DNA of 63,652 nt, counting the filler, from Octopus bimaculoides (taxonomy: Eukaryota), in assembly GCF_001194135.2 (NCBI RefSeq). It is 5 parts of 4 records of this genome, joined end to end, with 100 filler letters (N's around TTAATTAATTAA, not from the genome) between each part and the next. Parts side by side here need not be neighbours in the genome. Positions count along the whole stretch, not along the records: positions 1 to 18,319 come from NC_068982.1; positions 18,420 to 49,861 come from NC_068989.1; 3 more parts are not named here. One strand, 5' to 3'. Shown piece after piece: positions 12,218-23,740 of the stretch. Position 1 is the first letter of the stretch; the number at the start of each line of letters is the position of its first letter. The notes beneath the pieces are model-generated. The model made no database searches. It was given only the letters and a program-made list of their open reading frames with translations, and was not told where the DNA came from. The position numbers and the translations under genes are program-made.

Positions 12218-13565
12218 AGGAGAGAGATTAGGTGGTGATGGAGAAAGAAAAAGCGAAAAAGCGAAACAAAACGACAATATCAGACAGAGAGAGAGGCAGA
12301 CATATATAAATAGATAAAGAAAAAGAGAGAGAAAGGTGGGGTAGAGAATGGGTAGGGAGGTAGAGGGAAGAAGGGGGAGCAAGAGGGAGAGAGAGACAGT
12401 AGGGGTTAGCAGGTAATTGTGACTGGTAATTGAGCAAATAGGTTTTGCGAGATGAGTGTGATTAAACCCTGGAATAAATACTTTCTAATTAAATAAATAA
12501 ATGAATAAATAAACAAATGTGTGTTGTCACTTATTTGTGACATCAAGTTACTCTTATCCAGCTACTTACAAGCATGCTAATGAAGGCAGTTTTAGCATAA
12601 AGTTCAGTTAATCTGGTTTTGATATTCGTTTCGCTATTGTGAATAAGCGCTTGTGTCGAAATAATTCTGCACACTGCTGTCCACTGAAAGGCTAGATCAG
12701 GCCAGCAGAGGAACAACCTCCGTTGACGCGATCAAACCTGCTAGAAATAGCAGCAAAAACCCTCTCTCAATGCACAAGGTGGCGAATTGGCTGAATCTTT
12801 ATTACATCGACCAGAATATTTCGCGGTTTTTGTTCCGACACTCTGTGCACTGAGTTCAAATTTCACCGTGGCCAACTTTGCATTTCGTCCTTTCGGGATG
12901 GACAAACTGAAGTACTAATCCAAGATGGTGGATTGATGGAACCGCAAGAATGTTGGATGAGATGCCTTGCTGTACTTGTTCCAGCTCTTTGCGTTCTGAG
13001 TTCAAATTCCACCATAGTCTTTTTTGGATAGGAGACTTAAATCGGCATCTTGAATACCTTAAACGGAGTTCACTCTGTTGCATCTTATTCCGGTTTGAGG
13101 GTGCCTTTCTCCTTTCATACGGAAGGGCACCCTTCACACATTCCTCCCTTTCTCCCACCAATCTTTGAGGACCTTTAATGGGTCATGGACACTGTCTTTC
13201 CTCTAAAAGGTAATAAAAATATGTAAGGACGTTGGGTGATGACAATGGCTGGGATACCTATAATTATAAGACTACTGGATCATGATGATACTACTACTGT
13301 TGTTTAACCCAAGGCCAATTCCAATCCAAATGACCAATAATAAAAGGCGTTCCAGTCATGATTATCACGTTATATTTTATTCGAGATGTACACTATCCAA
13401 TATATTATTTCTTTTTTTTTTTTAAAGAAGATAATGTGTGATTTGGTGAACAGGATTTGTTTGTTTTTCTAGCAGGATGAACAAACACTTAAAGGATGCT
13501 CCTTATCTCAAGTCCCTTCGTGCTGTTGATTAAATACTTTTGTCTATACCAGAACNNNNNNNNNN

Positions 13566-14094
13566 TTCCCGTCAAAGTGATACTGGGGTACAAATATACC
13601 AAGCCCAATATACCCTTCATAACTACCCGTCTGATAAAGATACACCAGGCACATGCATCACAACTATACGTGTGTGACATGGTGATTTCATGTCAAGATA
13701 AAAAGCGTATGACTTTGCAGGTGGGGCTCAGAATTTTCTTCAAGCCAAGTAGCCAATCTCGCTAAAAAGGTCTATGAATAAGGGTTGTTTAAGGATATTG
13801 GACGAAACACCCATGTTTCCAGAGGTGAATTATTCAAATCCCAAAGAATTCCTCTCATCTCATGACTATGATGCTCCTCCACTACTTCTGTACGTGATCA
13901 GAGATGCACATGTTATCAGATACCAAGGGATATGCTCCACTAATTAAGATCAAACTGTCAAGCAAATCTGTAGTATTAAGCAGAATATTTGCTGTAGCCA
14001 ATCTTTTATACCAAGACAAAACATATACATGATAACACTAACAATCAGTTAAGATGAGGAGCCATGAGAGTCAGTGCCTGGTATTGCATCAGGG

Positions 14095-14095
<1 letters not shown>
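13566..14095 (-). mobile_element. Element E, second copy
   Basis: Reverse complement of 4510-5073. Its 5' end abuts (TTA)n at 14096-14160. Confidence 0.75.
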
Positions 14096-14143
<48 letters not shown>

Positions 14144-14161
14144 GTTATTATTATTATTATT

Positions 14162-14580
14162 AGGGCGGCGAGCTGGCATAGCGGTATTTCGCCCGTCGCT
14201 ACGTTCTGTGTCCAAATTCCGCCGAGGTAGACTTTGCCTTTCATCCTTTCGGGGTCGATAAATTAAGTACCAGTGAAACACTGGGGTTGATGTAATCGAC
14301 TAGCCCCCTCCCACCAAATTTCAGGTCTTGTGCCTATAGTAGAAAAGATTATTATTCCTATTAAAGCGGCGAGCTGGCAGACTCGTTAGCGCGCTGGACG
14401 AAATGCTTAGCGGTGTTTCGTCCATCTTTACGCTCTGAGTTCAAATTCTGCCGAAGTCGACTTTGTCCTCCACCCTTTTGGGGTTGATAAATTAAGTACC
14501 TATGAAACACTGGGGTCGATGTAATCGACTAGTCTCCTCCTCCTGAATTTTAGGTCTTGTGTCTTTAGTAGAAAGGCTTA
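14162..14580 (+). mobile_element. Two tandem SINE family B copies
   Basis: ggcggcgagctggca heads at about 14163 and 14365; tails gtgcctatagtagaaaag(att)n. Confidence 0.85.
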
Positions 14581-15883
14581 TTATTATCATTATTACTATT
14601 ACCGTTTAGTGAATAAGAAAAAAGTGACGTCTATGAACCCCTTCGTGTTGCTTTTTTAGGGCCTTCTCAAACCGGAGACCTCTCTCGAATATTTATTACA
14701 GAGCGAACTCTGTTAAGGGTACCCGAGGATTAGGTAGAAGTGTTAAACCAGGTAACGGGGAGAATGCACTGCAGAAATGACCATACGGTGGTCTGTAATG
14801 AAATGAAAAACTGGTAAATGCTTTGAAGTTCTGGTCTTCTCATCGGTTGCAAAATACAAATTTTTGGAGTTTATCCTCGGGGACGTATCACATCTGATAC
14901 TATCTCCAGGTTTTGTTTTTCTTAGCCTCAAGCCTTTTCCTTCGCACTGTCGCTTTCAACACCTTAAATTTGAGGTGTTGAAAATAGAATTCCTAGAAAA
15001 TACCCGTTTGAACCTCTTAAGCGAATTTATGATGAACGTTCTCCTTCCGGTAAAAGCCGATCAGTAACATCTCTATATCTAAGAGAGTCTGATAAGCAGT
15101 TTTTGGTCGTAATCACAGTGATGCAACAAACCCACGGCAACATCGTCTTTTTGTTTCAATTGAAGTCATACACCAACATTTCGTTTTTTTTAATGATACA
15201 TTTCAGAATGTTCTGTCTTCAACCAGGGGAGGACGCAAGGATGGACCTGAGGAGCACGTGTCCGCTTCAAGAAAAGAAGTGCGCTTTTCTAACTAATTTT
15301 ATTATACCCTTTTCTCCTGGAATTCTATTCCCTTCTGACTTTGTGCCATCACCTTTCAAAAATTCCTGTCAACATTCTAACAATTAAACAGCTGCTAACT
15401 GACTGTCACCCAGTTCTGTTTTTTATTCATCCGTCACAAATTTTGCTGCAACACAATACATCAGTGTTATTTTCAAAACCATGTGGCCCGAACTGTTACA
15501 GATGCCTACATTATTTGGAAATTTCACGGATCACAGAACACATATTTGTAATGTGATCATCGACCTTTGTCTTGCAAAGTTGTCTGGTCGTAGAATTATC
15601 TTCAGTGGATGTTCCTCTAGACTAGAAATACTGGCAGTACTGTGGATATTACGTAGAGCTGAAAGAATCCTCCCCGTAGACTAGTTGTCATATTAGAATC
15701 TTTTCCGATTTGAAACAAATTCACACAAACATATTGCTCTTCGAAATCCTGTTGCTCATCTTGTAACGTTGATCTACTAGAAATGGATCATTTCTAATTT
15801 TTGTAATCAGTGAATGTGTTTCACTAGAAATATATATATTTACAAGAGCTTGACAGGCATCTTCAGCCAGCTAGTCATGCTAC

Positions 15884-15926
15884 TTCAGGCTGATGACGAG
15901 CAAAAACTCAGAAACATGTCCATGAA
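15884..15926 (+). ncRNA. Minimal type I hammerhead ribozyme-like motif
   Basis: ttcagg-CTGATGA-c-gag caaaaa ctc-a-GAAAC-at-GTC-catgaa. The core is intact, stem III is palindromic (ACATGT), and stem I pairs 5 of 6. Confidence 0.55.
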
Positions 15927-16324
15927 TGCAGGCTAGGCTGGGTGGAGGTGCTTCTCTCCCCCTTGTAAACATAAGGACACAGGAAATGTGTCAAGGCCGA
16001 CAGGAAGCGGTGCAGCTTCCTAGGGCTAAATAGCAGAAATAAATTCATATTTTAAAATTGTATTTTTTTGTTCTTCCATTTACAGGCTGTATTTGCGTAT
16101 ATACGTTTTGTATCTTAGGAGGGTCATTTTGCCAATAATAACCCCCACACTGACTATGTTTCATTTCTTTATATTCTTATTTGTCAACTAGTTAAATAAT
16201 TAATCGATTGACGAATTGATTGTTTTAGTAATCATTCGATTAATCAGATCAAACAGCTGGCTTCTCAAAGCCCTTTTGCTGCCGTCCGTGCACTCATCAT
16301 TGACGATCTCACGTTACTGGCACG

Positions 16325-16368
<44 letters not shown>

Positions 16369-16426
16369 CGTGCCAGTGTATGTGTGTGTGTGTGTATGTG
16401 TGTATTTCTGTGCATGCATGCATGTA

Positions 16427-16497
<71 letters not shown>

Positions 16498-16979
16498 TTC
16501 CCGACCTCTCTCTATATAGCTATATATGTGTGTGGTGCGTGCGTGTTTGTGTGAGCACAAGTAGGCGTATGTTTGTCCGCCTTTCAATACAAATTGAAAA
16601 AAAATAATACAGCAAAAACAGCTTGGCAGAATGACTTCTTTAAAATACAACAATACTAACACACTTTCTGTGTAGAGGTTTGTGTGTGTATTGTGAATGT
16701 GAGTGTGTGTGCACGTGACTGAATTTGTCTTCATGTCACTTTGTTTCCATTATAACTCTACTAAATCAAATATATGACAGTAAAGTCATCTGCATCATAC
16801 GTTTCAGGTGTTGTGATCTACGCCGTGTTCTTTCTAAGCGTTTATTGCTCTATTTACTATGCGACCAGTTAACTTATGAGCAAATGTTGTGGCATGATAT
16901 GCTATTGCTACATATATATTCTTTTATTGTTTTAGGCATTTGACTGTGGCCATACTGGAACACGACCGTAAAGATCTAA

Positions 16980-17051
<72 letters not shown>

Positions 17052-17679
17052 ATATCTATCGATATCTGTATATATACATATATATATACATACATGTNNN
17101 NNNNNNNNNNNNNNNNNNNNNNNNNNNNNNNNNNNNNNNNNNNNNNNNNNNNNNNNNNNNNNNNNNNNNNNNNNNNNNNNNNNNNNNNNNNNNNNNNNNN
17201 NNNNNNNNNNNNNNNNNNNNNNNAAAAAAAAAACAAGGACAGGTCATTCGGAGTTTTCTTTCCTCGGTCGAGTTCCAGATTATCTTTGCAATTTCGGCTG
17301 ATTATCCTCGAGATTGCTCCAATCTGCCCAGCCCCAAGGAAAAACTAAGCTAAGAGCATTAGATTCCTTGGAAGAAAGCAACGAATGTATACGAAAAGCA
17401 GGACGGAAAAAAACGGAGAATGTTACACAAATACAAATAACAGGACATAACAACAAGTGTCTTTCGACTAAGGACGAATTAAATTAAGCTGGCGTGTATG
17501 GAAGTAAAGCCTTACGGCAAGGGTACAACATTTCACGGGCACAAGGAGGAATATAGATGTTGCACGGACAGCGGCTGAACCAAGAAAGAAAGGTCAGGCT
17601 TGGTCAGTAAGGTCAGAATTAGGTCCCATTATGCAGCACCTTTGGCTAGCAAATATTATTATAACCCCTGGCCGACCAG

Positions 17680-17891
17680 TGCCTGGCGAGGGAATTTGGT
17701 AGACAGAAACTGTGTGGAAACCCGTCGTTTATATATATATGTGAGTGTGTGCGTATTCTATCGGCAAAATCGACCGATAGAATAAGTACTTGGCTTACAA
17801 AGAATAAGTACTGGAGTCGATTTGCTCAACTAAAGGCGGTGCTCCAGCATGGCCGCAGTCAAAAGACTGAAACAAGTAAAAGTGTAAAAGA
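17680..17891 (+). mobile_element. SINE family A, partial
   Basis: Clean 3' tail ggcggtgctccagcatggccgcagtc...gactgaaacaagtaaaag. Confidence 0.8.
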
Positions 17892-18319
17892 ATGTCTATG
17901 TATGTATGTGCATGTGCGTGTGTGCGCGTGCGTATGTGTCTGCTGTGTCTGTGTATGTATGTGCGTGAGTGTGTGAGTGTGTGTGCATGCGTGCGTGTCT
18001 GAGTGCGTTTGTGTTTATGCATGTATGTAAAACTTAGATACGGTCAGCCATTTTCAGCTCAGGCTATGTTGAACTTAATAGCCATATTTCCTCTTTTGGT
18101 AAGCAAACTACTCCTGCGCCTGAAGGTGATGTTTCTTAACTCATATTTTGGGACACCATTACCGACTGAAGTAGGGAGTTGCTTTATCTAGATACCATTT
18201 AAATGTTGTAGAATAATTTTCTTTATTGATTTCGTTTTGTTTAATAGTTGGATAAACATTACATCTCTACAGACAAATATTAGTTTTAAATTTTGACACA
18301 AGGCCAGCCTGTTCGGAGG

Positions 18320-18419
18320 NNNNNNNNNNNNNNNNNNNNNNNNNNNNNNNNNNNNNNNNNNNNTTAATTAATTAANNNNNNNNNNNNNNNNNNNNNNNNN
18401 NNNNNNNNNNNNNNNNNNN
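18320..18419. other. Artificial 100-bp scaffold gap: 44 N + TTAATTAATTAA + 44 N (also 49862-49961, 52991-53090, 61994-62093)
   Basis: Identical structure four times. The 12-mer is an all-frame stop linker. The true gap size is unknown. Confidence 0.95.
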
Positions 18420-18603
18420 TATATTTAAATTTTCATTGAACCTCTTATCTTCCCTCTGTCACCTTAAGAAAAGGAAGAAGAAAACGGAAGAGAAACAGTA
18501 ATGACCGCACCCCATCCTAGGAGAGATCACCATCCTTGAACTCATTTCAATAGAATGGTAAATGACTAATAAATAAATCCCTCCCTCTCTCTCTACCTAT
18601 CTT

Positions 18604-18697
<94 letters not shown>

Positions 18698-19246
18698 CTT
18701 ACCTATATATATTTATCTCCATTGTCCTGGAACCTCGCCACCAAAAATCAAACAAAAACTACAGAAACAATGTTCTCTTCTAAACAAAACAAAAACATCT
18801 GTTCTAAAGAAATAAACAACCTGTTTGTGCATTCACAAAAAACATTTTGTGAATGTACTTGTGAAAGCACTTATAATAATGACTAAATAAAAAAAAGTCA
18901 TTTTCCCAAAATTCTGATGACCTTCCCTTTTCTCAATATTCAATATCTGTACACCACTTCTAACACTCTATACATACATACATACATACATACATACATA
19001 CATACATACATACATGCATACATACATACACACACTCATACATATATATACACATACATATATCACAATATATGATTTATAATATATTCATGTATATACG
19101 ATTACAATATAGCTTATTTATACATATTTGGTATGTATACTTAAATAACTTAGATATGTTTCGACCAAATATTGGCCCAGGCCTTGTCTAATTTAATAGC
19201 AGCACCTGATAGGATTAGCTAAATCCTCTTTAAGTCAACTCCCTAC

Positions 19247-21127
19247 TCATTCGAGTAGGGAGTTCTCGTTAAGTGAGTTGTATCCAGGTATAGGAGGCTT
19301 ATCTGATATTACTTGAAGAAATTTGTCTAGATTCCGTTTAAAGGTGGCAGGATCCTTTTCCTCTTTGGTCTGTTTCGGGACGACGTTAAATAGAGCAAGG
19401 CCTGCTGAAGAAAATAAATTGTGTTGTAATGTATTTATGTGTTGTGATCCTGAATTGGGTTGAGGACCTATGGCCCGTGGTCCTAGACTTGGATGAATTC
19501 TGAAACTAATGTTGAGATCCCTTGGGCAATGCTGGTGGTATATTCTCCATATCGTGCAAATGATGTATCGCTCATGGCGGCGCTGGAGAAAATAATCGAG
19601 ACCAGTCATGCCCTTAATTCTTTTAGTGAATGACCACTGGAGTAAGTCAATTTTCGAAATGTTTTGTTTTGTATGGAGAGACTACAGGGGGCGGCAGTAT
19701 TCGAGGTGTGGCTGTACAAAGGAGGAATAAAGAGGAATAATGACACCTTGTTCTCTGAACCGGAAGGTTCCTAGGATCCTGATACTATATCGACCTTATT
19801 GTTGATGTGGGCACTCCAGCTGATAATGTTATCAACAATTACTCCTAGGTCTCTTATATTATTATATGCTGTTTTAGTGTAGACATTCTCCCAAAATGCA
19901 TCAACTCAATTTAGTTGCATTTTGTTTTTGTTTATCCATTGACTCACAGCATGTAGATTATGCTAGAGTTCAGTATGGTCTTCTTCGTTAATAATTTTCT
20001 GGAGATTAGAGTCATCAGCGAATATTTTCACTTTTCTGTGTTTTATGACGCTGGAAAAGTCGTTTATATAGATTATAAAGAGAAGCAGGCCCAAAACAGG
20101 CCCCCGAGGAACACCACTGGTGACATTTGTTGGGCTTGAGTGGATTCTACCGATCACAACATGTTGAGTTCTGTTCTCCAGGAAATACTCAATCTAGTGT
20201 AGCAGTTTTCCACGGATGCCAACATTTGACAATTTTGACAGTAGGATATTATGGTCGACTCTGTCGAACGCTTTACTGAAGTCAAGAGATATGGCATCAG
20301 ATTTCGAACCTGATCCCAAGGCTTTAAGGGTATCATGGTGTAAAAGCTCTGTTAGTCCCTGTCGCAGCGAAAGCCATTCTGGCTTGAATTGAGGAGATTG
20401 TGGCTCTCCAGGAATCAATGAAAGCTTGCTTTCATTGATTTCATCACTCCTTCAAACATTTTAATTATATGGGAGGTGAGTGAGATTGGGCGACAGTTGA
20501 CTGCAAGAGATCTGTTTCCCCGTTTGAAAACCAGGATGACACACTGGGATGAGAGCTGTTTCGGTATATAACTTTCACCTAAATAACTTCTCCAGAGGTT
20601 GGTTAGAGGGATTGCAAGCTGGTTTATACATTCCTTCAGGAGACTAGCGGGGAATCTATCAGGCCCTATAACAGAATAGTATTTGATCTCATTTATTGAT
20701 GCTATGATGTCTGAAACAGTAGAGGTTATATCCGAGATTATATGTTAGGAGTCGACTTCGTTCACATCCCTCACGTCAATATCAGTGGTATCACTAAAGA
20801 CAGAACAGTATTGTTTCTGCAGTACTTCTGCCATTTCATGTTGGAGAATGCCGTTATCATCGATCAATGGACCAACGGGTGAGACAGCGGTGCTATGCTT
20901 ATTTGCGCATGAATAGAACACCTTTGGGTTTTGTTTGATTTTTTTTTTTGATTACCCACTGTTCTCCTGCACTGTTCAGTGCAAATTTTCCTGTTAGTCT
21001 GCAGATGAAGTTTTGCCAATTCCAGCCTTTTCATTGTTGTTGAATGTGGATGTTGTATGTGGGAGTATTTTAATTGGTTGATTTTTTTATTAAGTTTTTT
21101 GATACTCCTGATGAGATTCAAAATCAC
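19247..21127 (-). mobile_element. CR1/L2-group LINE ORF2 remnant (reverse transcriptase to C-terminus)
   Basis: LDFSKAFDRVDH, SGVPRGPVLGLLLFIIYIND and KIFADDS motifs; many stops and frameshifts. Confidence 0.9.
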
Positions 21128-21214
21128 ATATCTCTATAATATGTCTGTATTTATATAGGTAAATGTATATATATATATTAGTGTGAAATTGCACAGACAC
21201 ACATAGGTACACAC

Positions 21215-21253
<39 letters not shown>

Positions 21254-22599
21254 ATACATATATATATATATGTGTATATATATGTATACATGTAAATTTT
21301 TATATATATATATATATACATATATATATAATTTTGCTTAAAAGAGTTCCAACACTGTCTGTTTTTTATGTTTTATTTATATTCCTGCAGAACTAATGTG
21401 GGGTATAGAATATGGAATATACAATATATAATATAATATACAATATATAATATAAAATAAAATAAAAATGGATGGCACCATGAAATAAAGTATTGAATGT
21501 AGATGAAATATTGAGTGTTCAATATAAAGGATCAAATATATAAATATATATATAAATATAAATATATATATATAAAGGCGACTCGAGTTTCAGGGCTATT
21601 TCCCTTCGTCATGGCCGGTATGACAGACTTTAACAGACTGTAATAAGCTGGCTGGTTTTCTGTCTTTTATACCAATTCCTTTGGACGGCAGCAGTAGGNN
21701 NNNNNNNNNNNNNNNNNNNNNNNNNNNNNNNNNNNNNNNNNNNNNNNNNNNNNNNNNNNNNNNNNNNNNNNNNNNNNNNNNNNNNNNNNNNNNNNNNNNN
21801 NNNNNNNNNNNNNNNNNNNNNNNNNNNNNNNNNNNNNNNNNNNNNNNNNNNNNNNNNNNNNNNNNNNNNNACAATTCAAATAGATATAGATTTTGTCTCT
21901 TAATGTGATTGATGCTAAAAGTAAACTATTACGCGTCTAGTGGCCAAACCAGCTTGACGTCATGTCATTTACTTAGCATATTATATTAATAACGATTAGG
22001 TTTTTTTTTTAATTTTGTATTTCTTTTTATTATAATCGTATACTTTTATATATGTTTTGATGATTATTCTTCCAGAGAAAGATTTTTTTTTGCAAGATAT
22101 AACTTTGTTTTTCTTGTTTTCATTTTCTTTTTTTGTGTTTCCTTTTTTTTTTTTTTTTAACTCAGATGCTTTGAGAATAGTCACCTAGCAGCAGCGTTGA
22201 TGAGCATTTCAACGATCTCTGAATGATCATCATGATATGTTTATATAACTGAATAGAAGAAAGAAAATACTCACACACACACACATACACACACATACAC
22301 ACATATACACACACATACACACACATACACACGCAAAAAAAAAATGACAATGTTTAGAGACAGAGAATGAGAAAGAAAGAAATTGAGCAAAGAGTGAAAC
22401 AGAAGAGAAGTGAGAAGAGGGTAAAAGGGGAGACATGAAAGTAGAAGAGGAAGAGAAAGTAAGACAGAGATTCACAAAGGTGTATAGAAAACTAATGGAC
22501 GCAACCAAAACTGGATGCATACCAAAATACATCCATCCATCCATCCATCCATCCATCCATCCATTGATCCATCCATCCATACTACATACAAACATATCA

Positions 22600-23010
22600 C
22601 ATGGGCCCTGCGATATTTAACACACTACCTAAATAACAGTCTTAAGAAATTAGGCTTCTCAAAACCAGATGGGAGAAAACTAATTCGAAGACTATAGCTC
22701 CAATCCATCACTGGAACTGTAAAAATCTGTAAAACTTTCCAGAAGTTTATCATTTAAGTATATATGAGCATGTCTAGATATGCAACTATATGAATGCGAA
22801 TATATAGATATATCAAAATATACACTTCTGTGCACATACATACATACATACATACATACGTACATACATACATACTTACATACATACAAAAATAACCTGT
22901 TGTTGATGTTGAACTTCAAATGAAGAAGCCTCGAATCTAGGTTAGAAACTTTCTCTATTGTCAAAAAATCTTAAAATCTTGAAATAAAAACTCAACAATG
23001 ACATACATAC
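22600..23010 (+). mobile_element. RLE-type non-LTR 3' end with UTR and (CATA)n tail
   Basis: LKKLGFSKPDGRKLIRRL*LQSITGTVKICKTFQKFII*. Similar to 960-1145. Confidence 0.6.
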
Positions 23011-23360
23011 ACACGTACATACATGAGGTACAAAAACAACGCAGTGCAAGGTAATTCAAAGATGTAACGAAATTCAAAGGTATGGTAATCCATTGTAGGA
23101 ATATCCAAGAATTAGGTATTCGAAATCAAGGTCCAAAGGATATAGAGAATCCGTGTGAGCGTGCGATAATAGGCAATGTAATCACACAGGTTCTTTTCTT
23201 GGAGTATTTTTTCTCCTCTATGGAACTTTCTTCTTTTCTCATTCTGACGAAGAGCCATGCCCGAAACGTTAAACCCTCATCTTTTTTCTATCTCAAACTG
23301 AGCATCAACTTAATACATTAACTGTTTACTGTTTGTTGTTTTGTTTTATTGTTATTCTCG

Positions 23361-23392
<32 letters not shown>

Positions 23393-23740
23393 GCATACAT
23401 GCATGCATACATACATACATACATGCAGACATACATACATACATACATACAAAAATACATATACGCATGCATATATACATACATAAATGTATATATGTAT
23501 ACATACATAAATATATACATGCGTACATGTATACATGTATACATGCATAGATGCATACGTACATACATAATTCTTTCTACTATTGGCACGAGGCCAGACA
23601 TTTTGACGAGAGTGCGTTAGTGGATTACAGCAACGGGTCAGTACACGACGGGTACCTATTTTATCGACCCCGAAAAAAATGAAAGGTAAAGTCGACCTCT
23701 GTTCAATTTGAACTAATTACTTTATAAATATACATTATTT

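Noticed and set aside
12570-12680. Open minus-strand frame ending in a gtaagt donor (…LTELYAKTAFISML)
   Set aside because: Poor acceptor and no match to the expected DUF885 C-terminus.
14600-15800. Resemblance to KMT2/ASH1L/DNMT1 chromatin proteins
   Set aside because: Only scattered 3-5 residue similarities and no colinear alignment; kept only as an unassigned segment.
18364-18375. Palindromic TTAATTAATTAA recurring four times
   Set aside because: Always centred in exactly 44+44 N; it is an artificial scaffolding linker, not biology.
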